NCBI GenBank assembly: GCA_025558095.1
Contig: JAIVFI010000022.1
Coordinates: 434,001 to 498,000, forward strand
Reading direction: 5' to 3'
Length of the DNA: 64,000 nucleotides
Origin: Hyaloraphidium curvatum SAG 235-1
Lineage: Eukaryota > Fungi > Monoblepharomycota
In this document: positions 1 to 13,869 of the stretch, piece by piece
How positions within the stretch are numbered: position 1 is the stretch's first letter
How the letters are laid out: the number at the start of each line of letters is the position of its first letter
Notes under the pieces: model-generated
What the model was told of the DNA's origin: nothing
Seen by the model: only the letters and a program-made list of their open reading frames with translations
The model's database searches: none
Position numbers and translations under genes: made by a program

Positions 1-2396
1 AGAACCGAGCTGTACGTGAAACTGCCTTTTGCCGCACCGCGACGCTGACGTAGCAGGCGCCAGGTGGTGCAACAGCAGCTGAACAATGTGCTTGAAGGCC
101 TCGTCGTAAGCCCGGAGCTCATAAGGTGCCTGCCTGCGTCGTGGTTTCGTGCATACTTAGAAGTTGACGCCGTACCACGCATCGGCAGGAGAATCGCGGA
201 CGGCGAGGTTGGGGAAGTCTACGTGCAGGCCGTGGCCGAGCTGGACAAGAAGATCGCGTACGTCAAGTCGCAGCAGGGGAAGCCTTTGAGGGCCTTTAGG
301 GACGTTGGCCCGGAACTGGAGCGTTTAAGATTGAAAGCGAGTGGTCTGGACTCTGCGCTTGACTGGAGCTGGAAAGTCTGACGAAATGTACAGGCAGCGG
401 ACAAGATACGGACCTTCTTTGCCGAGCGTATGAAGGCGCTGCGGAGCCACAATGCCAACCTGTCAATAGTCCAGCAGAGCTCGTTGCTCAAGTTCAAAGA
501 GCTGTTCTGGTTCCTCGTCGACCGGCACCAGGATGCGGCGTCAGATTTGCGGCAAAGCTACATGAACACGGTTGAGGCATATTACTATTCGCACTTCGAG
601 AAGTACATAAAGACGCTCGCAAAGCTACAGGTAGAGCCGCATCGTCGGAGCCCCCGCCACGTACCCTGACCCTCGTTCGCAGATCCCCCCGGGCAAATCT
701 GAGTTTCTGGGTCAGGATGAGGCGAAGAAGGGTGCGTTCTCATGCCCTTCGGCGAACGATTGATTCTTATGGCGATGGCGCCACAGGCCTGTTTGCCGCC
801 TCGAAGCCAGCTGTCCGCGACCGAGGGAACGTCTACTCTCTGGGAGACCGCATACAGGTCCTTTCCAACCCGGACCCCGGAATCATTGTCACGCACGTTG
901 CAGAGGCGAGCAACCAGGTTGGGCGCCTGCAAGTTCCTGTCGCGACCCTTGCTGATCCAGCGCAGCACTTTCCGTACGAGGTCATCTTCAAGAGCTTCAA
1001 TCGGTTGCTCCTTGACAATGCTGCATCCGAGTACGTGTTCATATCGGAGTTCTTCCAGTCTCCACGCCTCCGGCATTCTTTGTCCAAATCTGCCAATGGA
1101 GCCATCCTCGCTGCCGTGACGTTCGTCAGCGTGTTTGGCTCCACGTTGGAGCTCCTGCTGGTGAGCAAGGTCGCCGTCAGATGGACTGCCATTCGCTGAC
1201 CAATCTCCACAACCACCCAGGCGTCCATCAAGAGCTTTGTGGAGGCTACAACAGATGCGATCGCGGTTCTGCTCGCCATACGAATGAACCAACAGCATCA
1301 GTTCATAATGCAGCGCCGCCAGGTTCCTTGTTTGGAGAGCTACTTCAACGCGATCAACATGCTTCTTTGGCCGCGTTTCCAGATGATCATGGACATGCAC
1401 GTGGAAAGCGTTCGCCGGAGTGGCACGGCGCACTTGGTGGGAAACAACAAGGAAGTTCATCCGCACTACGTGAGTGCAAATGCGCTCTGCCTTGGCGCGG
1501 CTGACAGGCGGGGGCCAAAGATTACAAGGCGGTATGCCGAGTTTGCCTCGTCAATCCTCTCGCTGAATCAGGGCTACGAAGATCCTCTCGTTCTGGCTAG
1601 GTTGTGGCTTTTTGGCATCGCGTCCTACTCGAGAGTAACATTTGTCTCGTAGTCTTGCGCGCTTGCGCGGTGAAGTGGATGCACTCCTGTTAAAGATGTC
1701 AGGCGAGATCGCGGACAAGAAAAGCCGTCTCATTTTCATGATCAACAACTACGATTTGGTTCTGCTCATCTTGAATGTAAGTTCCGGACGTCTTCGCCGA
1801 CGCAGTAACCACAAGACCGGTTCAGGAACATTCCGAATCGGCGTTCGACGGCGAAAAGTCGACCTTTCAGGACGCATTGGGGAGCAAGACAGCCGAATAC
1901 GTCGAGGAAGAGCTACGTCCGCACTTTTCTTCCCTCATCGCCTTTGTCACCAAGTTTGAGAGCGTTCTGACCTCGCCCGATACGGCGAAGGAGGAAGAAC
2001 TGGCCCGTAGCAACGCCAGTGAGTGCTTCCTCCTCATTCCGCCCAGGGCGTCCCCTTGACTTCGGAGCCCCAGGATCGCTTGAGGAAATTGCCGCAGCCT
2101 TCAACCGCACGTGGAAGAACGTTCTGGCCGGCGTCAACACCACCGTCATCCACGCCTTCCCAAACTTCCAGAACGGGTCCCGCGTGCTGCAATCAATCTT
2201 CACCCGACTCGTGGTCTACTATCAAAACTTTCTCGATCTCTGGCAGCGCCGGTTTGGTTCCCAGAAACCCTCCGTCGCTCCCGTCAACCTGCAAACTGTC
2301 CTTTTGGAACTCAAGGTAGCTGCCAGCGAAGAACCTCCGGTGATCCCGTCTAATCCCGCGTTGCAACCCTACAAGCGATACCGCTCCGTCTTTTGA
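1..2396 (+). CDS. VPS52: GARP complex subunit Vps52/Sac2 (5'-partial, multi-exon)
   Basis: Exons joined across short GT-AG introns give HFPYEVIFKSFNRLLLDNAASEY, DAIAVLLAIR...INMLLWPRFQMIMDMHVES, HPHY/ITRRYAEF and FMINNYDLVL, all typical of Vps52. Stop TGA at 2394-2396. Confidence 0.9.
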
Positions 2397-2429
2397 TACC
2401 ATGTAGAGTCCCTGCCGCCTCCGAATGAA

Positions 2430-2992
2430 TTACTTCTTCCCGACCTTTTCCAGCACCGCCTCGTAATCCAGCTCGTCCAAATCCGTCGCCTGGATTTCCG
2501 CGGAGACGCCCTCGAACCGTTTCCGCAGCTCCGACTTGCTTCCGGCGTACACCATCTTCTGCTTCACCTTCGCAGTGTCGGGGACCCTGCCAGGAGGCCG
2601 GGGTCAGACCGGAGGGTCGGGGAAGCGCAAGGACCTCACCAAGAGATAAAGAGGATCTTGTTCCTCTCACCGTCGCCGGTCGACGACGAAAAGAAAAAGT
2701 CGTACACGGCGTACAAGCAATCGTCCTTGGGGAGCGACGCGACGAAGGCCTTGTACTCGGCCTCCGCGCCGCTCTTGTCGGCATTGGCCGGGGCGGTCTT
2801 CTCCACCACGATTTGCTTAAGGTCGTCGCTGAGCTTGAAGACGAGGTACTGGTACTTCTTTCCCAGCTTAAGGGCGTTGTAGGCCTCGAGGCACTGGTCG
2901 TCGACGCTGATGCCCGTGGTCTGCGGGTCCCAGTCAGCATGGCACAGGACGCGCAGGCGTCTTCCGCCGCGATTTGATGCGCCGCATACCAT
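2430..2992 (-). CDS. COF1: Cofilin/ADF
   Basis: First exon is the ATG alone (intron 2921-2989). Then TTGISVDDQC...KLGKKYQYLVFKL...LPKDDCLYAVYDF...RNKILFISW/VPDTAKVKQKMVYAGSK...EIQATD. Stop TAA at 2430-2432. Confidence 0.93.
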
Positions 2993-3115
2993 GGTAGCGG
3001 GTTCGGAGCGGGACTAGGCGATTTGCTGACTCCGACGAGCACGAGCGGACCCCTGTGCGCGCGAGCATGCAAGCCAAGGGGTTTCGCACCCAAACTTATC
3101 TGGGCAGTCAAGGAG

Positions 3116-4807
<1,692 letters not shown>

Positions 4808-4864
4808 TGTTGTTGCGATGTCTTGTTCATGAGATGTATCACAATCAAGGAATGAAAAAGATTA

Positions 4865-7646
4865 CTACATCTTTATGTTTTTCCGGGCCGTCGCCGTGCC
4901 GATCGTGCAAGAGTTTACCTGGCCTCTGTGTCAGCATTGCAAGCTGGCATAGGGCAAGCATACTCACCTTGGTCGCGAATCGCAGTGAATTCAACGTTTC
5001 GCTGAAGTGGACAGGGAGGGGGCTGACATTGACGAACATCAACGTCTTGGAATTGCCACCTTTCAGGGTGGGAATCAGTCGACAATCGCGAAGATGCAGA
5101 GACATCCACGCACCCAAGGAGTTTTGTAGCAAATAGGTGAGCTTCGAGTTCCGGTACGGTATGTGTTGCTCCTTGTTGGCAAGGGCAGCAATAACGTCCC
5201 CCAAGCAGCTCAGGCTCTTGTTGATCGCCTGGGTCTCCTTGAGGCGGTCTCCAGTGGCCCCGGATTGGGCCAGCCGCTCCGATCCCGCGAGGTCGATGAG
5301 GTTCAAAATGCCCTCGGAGCTCTCGGTCGTGATGGAGTTGGTGCCGTTCAAGCGCAGCGTGAAGACGCTGGGAGAGGCTGAGTCACAGGGCAGAAGCCGA
5401 AAGGACCGAACTTGCCTGTGACTCCGCGACGATCGTTCGTTCAGGTTGGTCGATCCGGTGGCCCTCGTTTGGCTTGCTCGCTTCAACAGGTTGGTGACCT
5501 CGTTCTGCGAGGAAACCGGGACCACGCAAATGTCCGAGACGCGGGTCTTGTTGGTCTTGGGATCGTGCCTGATCTCGTATTTGTGGTCCCCGCTCTCCTT
5601 GCCCAGCAAGTCCCGGATGTTCTCGTTGTAGATCTCGAGGTACTGCGCTTCCATCGTGTAGCTCCACCCCTTCTCTTCCAAGCCCTTCGCGGTGTCAAAG
5701 ATCTGGCGCACTGCGCGCGGAATCATTCCCATCAGCTCCGCACTGTCAATGTTGTCTGCTGGACCCTCCATGCTGCCAAGCAATCCTTAGCTTGGTAGCA
5801 AGATGTTGTGCGGACGAAGGGACGTACGTGAAGGTTTTCCCGCTACCGGTTTGTCCGTAGGCAAAGATGCAGACGTTGTACCCGTCCAAAGCAGATTGCA
5901 CAAGCTGGGAGATGTCTTCAAACACTTCAGCCTGCTTTGACGCTGGTTGGTAGACCTGCAATGGGGTTCGAGTTGAGTCCCGCGGCGCGGGCGTAGGAAT
6001 CCGAGTACCTTGTCGTACTGGAAAGGATATGCCTTGGTGACGGACTTCATCCCATCCGCGGAATCCTACAGGAGAATGAGCACAACTCTCCTTTCGCGCA
6101 GGCCGCTTTCGAGCACGCACCGCGGATTGGACGAGCTCGATCTCTTGGTCACCTTCCGGATACCGGATTTGTGCCGATACCGGCCCATCGTTCTCGGCCG
6201 ATTCTGTAGCTGCAAGGAAATCAGGCAAGAAGCAAACAAGGCAGCATGTTCGGGCCTACGGAGAATCGGCCGGACACGGCAGAACACGCGAATGTTCCCC
6301 TTCAACTCCTGCAAAAGAACCTGTTAGATTCGTGCGCGCCAAAGACCAGGAGGCATGGACGAACCAAGATGGTGTTGTGCAGCTTCCGCCGCATGGTCTC
6401 CGCTTCCCGCAGCTTCTGCTCGGCGTCCCGCACTCTGCTCTCCGCGGTTGCGAGCCCACTCTGCAGCTGCGCGATGCTTTGGTCCCGCTCTTGGAGCGTC
6501 TCTTGCAGGTTCTGATTGCGAAGACACGTCAGTGCCATGTCCGTCCCGGAAGCAAGAAACCCACCTCTAATCGGGCTTTCTGCGAGCGGCACTCCGATTC
6601 CAAAGACAGCCCATGCGCTTTCTCCGTCGACAGCGCGGCCTTGGGTAGCCGTCAGAACCAAGCTCAAGACGAGCGACTGCACTGGCTCACTTTGAGCTTC
6701 GCCGTTTCTTGGAGGTAACCTTCCACCTCCGCCTCCAGCTTGTAGTTCTCTCCCTTCAGCCGTTTGATCTCCTCCATCCTCCCTTCGATCTCCGCGGCAT
6801 GCGAAGCCTTCAGGCTCTTGGTCTCCTCGTCATGTGTCCGACCCAGCACCTGGCAGGCACCAGACGGGACATCTCAGGTCCGGGTCCGCCGATTCGATGC
6901 CGGCATCCCGACCTGGAGCTTTTCCCTGAGCTCGTTCAGCTCTTGCATGACAACCGAGTTCTCCCGCTCCTTCGTCTCCACCTTCTCCTGCAGACTTGCC
7001 CGGAACGCGACGAGCTCTCGTACTGGGCATCCGGGGATTCGGCATCAGGACCTCGTCCAGAGGCAGACCGCGGGCCACCGCACTTGTCCGCTGGCTATCC
7101 TCCAGTTGCGACTGGTTGGAGCCCATCTGCTGCTCCATGAGCTTCGTCTTTTCCATGAAGAAGCGCGTGAGCTGCTCCGTGTCCTCCAGCCGGCCCTGGG
7201 ACGCCCGCATGAGAGATGGCTGCGGCGCGCGGCGGGCGGCCCACCTTTGTGTCCCATGCTGCCCTCTTCTTCAACTTCGGCGTAATCAGCTTGTGCTCCC
7301 CGGGAGCAGCGGCAGCCGGTGCCGGCTCGGGCTCGGGCGGGGGTGCGGGATCGGAGCGGGGGACGGTCGTGCGGGGCGCCGGAGCCGGCTTCCTGAGGCC
7401 CACGGACGACGCGAACGCCTTCTGCGGCGGCGCCTGCTTGGCGGGTGCCTTCTTCGGCGGGGGCGCCGCGACGTTCGCGGCGTCGAGGCGCTGCCGCGTG
7501 TTGCGCGCCGGCGGCGGTGAGTCGCGCAGCCGCTTGGCGGGCGGCGCCGCGCCACGCACGTTCTCGTTCGCCGCCGCCTTGGGCGCGGGCGACGCGTGCG
7601 CCGTCGGCTGCGGGAGCCGCGACGGCTGCCGGAGGCCGCCCTGCAT
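4865..7646 (-). CDS. KAR3: Kinesin-14 (Kar3/KIFC1-like; C-terminal motor, coiled-coil stalk, basic Pro-rich tail)
   Basis: [23 protein letters not shown] neck, [18 protein letters not shown]-loop, [35 protein letters not shown] and ETLNSLRFA. Start ATG at 7646 is inferred. Confidence 0.9.
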
Positions 7647-7830
7647 TCCAGGCGCGTTGCGAATTCGCAGAATCAAGAGTAGAGGTCACAATCAAACACG
7701 CGACTTGACTTGGACTGATCAAACCGGGATCCGATGCGCTAGACGTCGCTAGACAACCACCATTGAGCGACCGATACCCCCTTTGGAGCGCCGCCGCCGC
7801 CCCTCCGCGCCCGCGGCCGGCACGCCCGCC

Positions 7831-9492
7831 ATGCCGGCGGCCCGCCGCGCCAGCTTCGCCCGGCTGGCGGCCGCGCTGCCCAAGGACGACATCGGTGCGC
7901 CGCCCGCCGCCCCGCCCGGCCGCGCTGACACCCCGCAGACCGCATCGATGAGGCGCGGAAGGCGTTCGCCCTGGTGGGTGCGCCGCGAATGCCGTGCGGG
8001 CAAGCCGCCAACCCCCCGGCAGGAACGGAGCCGCGTGCGCCTCTTCTCCCACCCCCTCGTCGTGGCAAAGTACTTTTCGTACTACATCGCCTCGCACTTC
8101 CAGTTCCTTGCCCGCTTCATGCGCGGCAACCTCGGATCGCTGGCGCTGGTGGCGTTTTCGGGCTACGCCGGCTACGTCTCGTACCACGCCGAGGGCCCGC
8201 ACCAGAAGGTGTGCCCCGCCCAGCCATCGTCGCCGCTGCGGGCCGCGCCTGACGCGAAGCGCCCGCCCCGCAGGCTGTGCAGCGCCTGGAGTCGCTGATC
8301 TTGTGGTACGGGTGGTGGACGCTGCTGGGGGTCATGTCCTCGATCGGGCTCGGGACCGGGCTGCACACCTTCGTGCTCTTCCTCGGACCGCACCTGGCGC
8401 AGGTGACGACGGTGGCGTACGACTGTGGGCATTTGAATTTCGCCATGCGGGGCCCCGAAAGGTGGGCTGGGCGCCAACCAGGTGCCTCAACCGGATCGGC
8501 AACCCGCTCCTCCTGCCGCACAGCTTCGAATGCCGACCGCACCCCGAGGCATCCCTGACCATTTGGCGAATCGCGCAAAAGGTTAAGTGGGAGGCCTTCT
8601 TCTGGGGATTTGGAACTGCGCTGGGCGAGCTGCCGCCATACTTTGTGGCCCGGGCAGGTGGGTCTCGCCAGGCGAGTTGGCCCGGTTCGCGGCTGACGAG
8701 CGTTCTGGTCGTGCCGGCATGGATGTTTCCTGGAACTAGCTGCTATCGCTGGGAAGGAGGACGACGAGGACGGGCCCGAGGACGCGTTTGCCGAGATTGA
8801 GGATCTGGAGCGGAGGCCGGTCAAGGAGCTGGGGCTCTACGACCGGGCCAAGCTGGTCATCATGAAGCTGCTCAAGGGTTACGGCTTTGTTGGCATCCTG
8901 ATCTGCGCATCTGTGGGCTCTTTGGCGGGGTTCGCGCTGGGTCTGGGGCTCACGGCTGCTTTCCCTGCACCAGATACCAAACCCCCTCTTCGACCTCGCC
9001 GGCATCTTGTGCGGGCAGTTCCTCATACCCTTCTATACCTTTTTCGGCGCCACTGTGATTGGCAAGGCGATCATCAAGACGTCCCTCCAGTCGCTATTTA
9101 TCATCGCGCTCTTCTCCAAGGGCACGACGGACTTTGTGCTCGCCTTCCTGCACGAGCACGCGCCGAGCCTCCACTCCTTTGCCGAGCGGCTTTTCCACGA
9201 GCAGTCGCAGAAGTTCCGGCACCTCAACGCCCCGGACGTGGACGTGGGTGGCTTTCCGGCGGGCTTTCGCCCCCGCCTGACCCTCGCTCGGCGACAGGAT
9301 CCCGCGCACATCGTCAGCGTCATTTGGCGCGTCGTGGTTACGTGCATGCTGGGCTACTTCCTCGTGTCGATCGTCGAGTCGCTGGCGATAGCCGAGATGC
9401 GGTCGGAGCACCGCACGAAAGTGAGGGAGCTGTCGGACGAGCTCCTCGATAGACGGGCGGCGGCGGCGAAGAAGGCGATAGACGACTCATAG
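7831..9492 (+). CDS. VMP1: Vacuole membrane protein 1 (VMP1/TMEM49; DedA-family scramblase)
   Basis: [49 protein letters not shown] and [44 protein letters not shown]. Start is approximate. Confidence 0.9.
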
Positions 9493-9814
9493 ACCGTCAA
9501 CGTGGCTCGTGCCGGGGCCATCGGTCCTTCCGCGTGCCTCGGGGGCATCTCGGATCCGCAATACGCGGGGCAGAGGATACCGCTCAATCCTCCCCGCACC
9601 TTGGCGGAGCCTGGTCCTGCCCGCCGACTCCTGTCGATCCCTAGGTGGCCCCGAGACATAGGAACGCGTGTTCCACACGGTTCTGTACAGTGATTCACCG
9701 GCCCTGTGCACCCCTCCCAGAGTTCCCCTCCCGCACGGGGGCGCCGCACGCGCGCCGCAGTCCAATGACGACAGATGGTATCTCGCACCGTGTTCGAGCC
9801 GCGGCGACGCCGCA

Positions 9815-10249
9815 TCATTGCTTGTCCTCCTCCGCCGCGACGTCCGCGTGCCGCTGGCCGGCCTTCTCGGCGATGGCGGCGGCCTCCGGCGTCAGCGACT
9901 CGCGGTTGGGGCTGCGCGCCGGGATCGTGTGCGGGATGCGCTCGGGCGACGGGTGCTGCGAGCCGACGTCCTTGTCTGACGTCTTGCCGGCCTTGGACAG
10001 CGCGTAGTCGCCCGAGTCGAAGTACTTGCGGTCGCTCTAAAATGGCGTCACCGGCCGTCCCTCGCCGTGCGGAATCCGCATCGCACCTTCAGGTGGCGGT
10101 TGACGAGGTCCTTGCGCGCCGGCGGCAGCCGGCCGTAGCGCTCGAAGAATGCGCGGTCCTCGGGCGACAGCGCCTGCGCGGGTCAGCGGCGCCGGAAGGC
10201 CGCGCGGCGCACCCACCGCCACGTCGACGGGCGGCTTTGCCGCGGACAT
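9815..10249 (-). CDS. Endosulfine/ARPP-19/Igo1 family PP2A inhibitor
   Basis: Three exons join to MSAAKPPVDVA-ALSPEDRAFFERYGRLP...HLK-SDRKYFDSGDYALSKAG...HPSPERIPH. FDSGDY is the Greatwall/Rim15 phosphosite motif. The ORF track does not show this gene as a unit. Confidence 0.9.
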
Positions 10250-10373
10250 TGCGACGCGTCGCTCTGCGGCACGGTCACGGGGGGAGGGGACGAGGTGGTC
10301 GTGCACCGCCCGGTCCGCTCACTACTCCCTTCGCACGGCACTTCTCACCGATCACAACACTCGCCGATTGACA

Positions 10374-10907
10374 ATGGGAACGCGTGTCACCGGCGCTGCC
10401 CACCCGGCAACGGCTCTCGCCGCCGTGACCGCCGTCGGCGGCGTGGTCGGCTACGTCAGAGGAAAGAGCGTCCCATCGCTGGCCGCCGGCCTCACGTTCG
10501 GGGCGCTGTACGGAATCAGCGCACGGCTCATCAACGAAAACGCGGATTACGGCATGGAGCTCGCTGCGGCCACGTCTGGCGTGCTGGCCGGTGCCAGTGG
10601 GTTCCTGCCGGCGGCGTCTTCGCGCTCTTCTCACGCGTCTTCGCGCTCTTCTCACCCGTCTTGCCTTCGTCATCATCTCTTTCCTGCGCGGTCCCGACAC
10701 CACGATGTCTCCGGCTCATTTCTATCGCTCTATTTTCTTCTTGCTCTTGCGTTCCCGCGGCGCATCGATTCTTGTTCAATCTCCCGATCTCTCGGCGCAG
10801 TGCTCCCCCGCGGCATCAAGACGAAGAAGCCCGTACCGCTGGCCCTCGGTGTCGCTGGGCTGATCGGACTCGTCTACTACGGCAACAAAGTTTATCAGCA
10901 GATGTGA
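10374..10907 (+). CDS. TMEM14-family small membrane protein
   Basis: GGVVGYVRGKSVPSLAAGLTFG signature. Removing intron 10597-10800 gives ...GAMLPRGIKTKKPVP...GLVYYGNK. Confidence 0.85.
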   Translation: MGTRVTGAAHPATALAAVTAVGGVVGYVRGKSVPSLAAGLTFGALYGISARLINENADYGMELAAATSGVLAGASGFLPAASSRSSHASSRSSHPSCLRHHLFPARSRHHDVSGSFLSLYFLLALAFPRRIDSCSISRSLGAVLPRGIKTKKPVPLALGVAGLIGLVYYGNKVYQQM

Positions 10908-10944
10908 CGAGTTGATTTGGGGATCTGTACAGCCGCAAGAAACC

Positions 10945-13767
10945 TCAGTCGCTCCCGCTCCCGCTCGCGCTGCCCGACTTCCCGTCGTCCGAGTCGGACG
11001 ACGACGACGAATCGTCCTTGATGAACTCCGCGGAAAGGTTGCTGTCCTTGCCCTTGGCTGGTGCCGACTTGCTCGACGAAGCCTTGGGCTTGGAAGCTCC
11101 CTTGGAGGACTTCTTGGGCGCCTCGCTTTCGGAGCCCGAAGACGGAGGGACGTAACTCTTCATCTCCTCCTTGTACCGCTCCTTGTCCTTGGCGGCCATC
11201 TCCTCGTATTTCTGCCCCGATCGGCGCCTCAGCACGCGTCGACAGCAGCGGGCGATCGCAACAAGCCCACCTTCTTGTCCTCGGCGGAAATCTCCTTCCA
11301 CATCTCGCCGAGCTTCTTGCCGACCTCGTTGAAGGCGATCCCGGGGTTCTCGTCCTTGACCTGCTGCCGCTTGTCGTTCGAGAACATGAGGAACGCCGTC
11401 ATCGGCTTCTTGGGCGCCTTGGGGTCCTTCTTCTTCTTCTTCCGCTTGCCGCCCTCCTTGTCCGCGGCTTTCTTTGCCGGTTTCTCCTTTGCCGGCTTCT
11501 TCTCCTTGGCGGGCTTCTTTTCCTTCTTTTTCTCCTTCCGCGGGGCCTCCTCCTCGCTCCCCGATCCTGATCCCGAACTGTCGCTGTCCGAATCGGAATC
11601 CGAGTCGCTGCCGCTGCTGCCGCTTCCCGACTGAGAGGCCCATCAGCATGAAACACCGCCGTGGCGCGGAGACAACCCACGCCGCTGCTGCTGTCGTCGC
11701 CGCTCTCGGATCCGGACCCGGCCTTGGCCTTCTTGGCCTCCGGGTCGAAATCCTCGTCCTCTGCATACGCCGGGGACAACGTCAGACGGCGCCGAATGGC
11801 CGACTTGCGCGGCCTCCCACCTTCCGAGTCCTCGTCGTCGCCCATGTCCATGTTCTGCACCACCGTCCGCTTACGCTTCCTCGACCCGCCCTCCTCGTCG
11901 CTCCCCCCGCTCGCTTCCTCGTCGTCCTCGTCCTGGAACAGGACCCTCGTCTCCTCCGTCATCTCGGAGCGCACCTTGATCCCGTGCTTCTTGGCAAAGT
12001 CCTCGAGCGCGGGGTAGTCGTCCCGGCTGACGTTGCCGAACGTGACGTCCGGCCCGCCGCGCTGCGAGACGATGATCTCGAAGGTGCGCAGCGCCGCAGT
12101 GCCAGTGCCGGACGCGACGCGCTTGAAGGTGAGGGAGGAGATGTCGCGGAAGGGGAGGGCCATGGGCTGCTTGAAGAGCGAGAGGAAGCACTTGCCCGCC
12201 GGGCCCAGGGGGTAGATGTAGGCCTCGTTGGCCTTGTAGGTGCACTTGATGCCGGGCTTGCGGCGGCCGCCCGTGGAGACGAACGAGGACACGTCGGCGG
12301 GGTACTTTGGCCAGAGGAGCTCGGCCGTCTCCTTGTCGGTGATGACCTTCTGGTTCGTGACGACGGAAAAGACGTGCGAGATGACCTTGAAGATCTCGGC
12401 GTCGTAGTGCTGCTTGGACGGGTCGGGGAGGTCCGTCATGAGCCGCTTGAACTGCTCCTGGTGCTCCCTGGAAGGCAGCGTCCGATCAGCAGGCACAAGA
12501 CGTGAATTGCACCGCTGCAAACATACTCGTCGATCGCGTCCATGTTGGGGGCGTGTCCCTCGACCTCGTCGGCCCCGTTGAACTGGAACACGAGGTAGGG
12601 GTACCGGGTCTGGCCCTGCCGGATCGGCGGCTCCAGGTTGAGCACGAAAAAGTACTGCTGCTGCTCCTCGGGCTTGGGCAGCAGGAAGAGCCGCCGCACG
12701 GCCGAGTAGTTAATGCGGTAGTCCTGCGTCCGCCCGCGCAGCCGGAAGAAGGAGGAGTAAAAGGCCACCTCGAAGCGACCACTGGCAACAGCAAAAATGT
12801 CAGCAAAGCGAAACGGGAGTAGCAAACAAGCGACCCACCGAGGGGTGAGGCACAGCAGCTCCTCGAAGGTCATGATGGGCTCGCCCGTGAGCGCCGAGAT
12901 GTCCGCCTTGTCCTTGATGGTCTCGGCAAACATGTGGGCCGCCGAGACGGCCTGTCCGTCGTCGTCCAGAAAGACCTGCTCCTCCTCGTCGGCCTCCTCC
13001 GACTCGTCGTCGCCCTCCTTCCTGGGTTTCTTCTCGCCGTCCTCGGTCGCGGGCCCCACGAACTCGCCGTCGCGCTTTTTGGCGTTCCCAGGCACGTAGA
13101 AGCGGATCTCCATGAGCTCGTCCTCCCGCGACGGCTTGGCTGCGCCGTCCTGCGGGTGCGAGAACTCGAGCGAGACCTCGTTCTTGCCCGCCACCGACGC
13201 GTTCTGGACCTGGCCGAGGGGCACCTCGAAGGCCGGCTTGTTGCCGACGATGAAGTGCAGGTTGGAGCCCTGGAACTCGTACTGGCCCCAGTTCCAGCCC
13301 TTGATGGAGAATTCCTTTGTCTCCATCTGGAGCTTGTAGAACTGGCGCACGGTCGCCGAGAGCTCGTCGAAGGACTGGCGGGGTCGGCCGGCGCGGGCGA
13401 GATCCGGAACGGCGGCACCACGGGCATGTTGGATCTGAATTTAGAAGCGAGCCGGGAGCGCCTGCGGGCGGAGAACCCACGTCCTTTGGCAGGGCCTCAA
13501 AATCCATGATGTCGCCCTTTGCGTTGGCGATGCGCACGGTGGGGCCCCGCACGCCCTTGAACCACGCGACCTTCTTGACCTCCGCGGCGGGCACCGTCAG
13601 GGCCGCGTTGGTGTCGCGGTTCTTGAAGCCGATGCCCTGGGTGGGGGTGAGCGGGGCGCGGGGAGCGGTGCCGGGCGGCCCACCTGGTCGATCATGCGCA
13701 GCTTGCCGACGCCCGCCTGCGGGAACTTGCCCGACAGTACGACACCGTCGTAATCGATGCCGGGCAT
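10945..13767 (-). CDS. POB3: FACT complex subunit Pob3/SSRP1 with C-terminal HMG box
   Basis: KEFSIKGWNWG, KPAFEVPL, KNEVSLEF, ELMEIRFYVP, LCLTPR/GRFE and PPIRQGQTRYPYLVFQF, then an acidic linker and KDPKAPKKPMTAFLMFSNDKRQQVK...EVGKKLGEMWKE (HMG box). Confidence 0.93.
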
Positions 13768-13869
13768 GATTCGTGCGCCGTCGGGGGAAACGAGGAAGGG
13801 GTATAGTGGTTGGGACGGCGAGCCCACGAAGGGAACGCGCGAAAGAGCGACCCCCTGACGGTTCACGCG

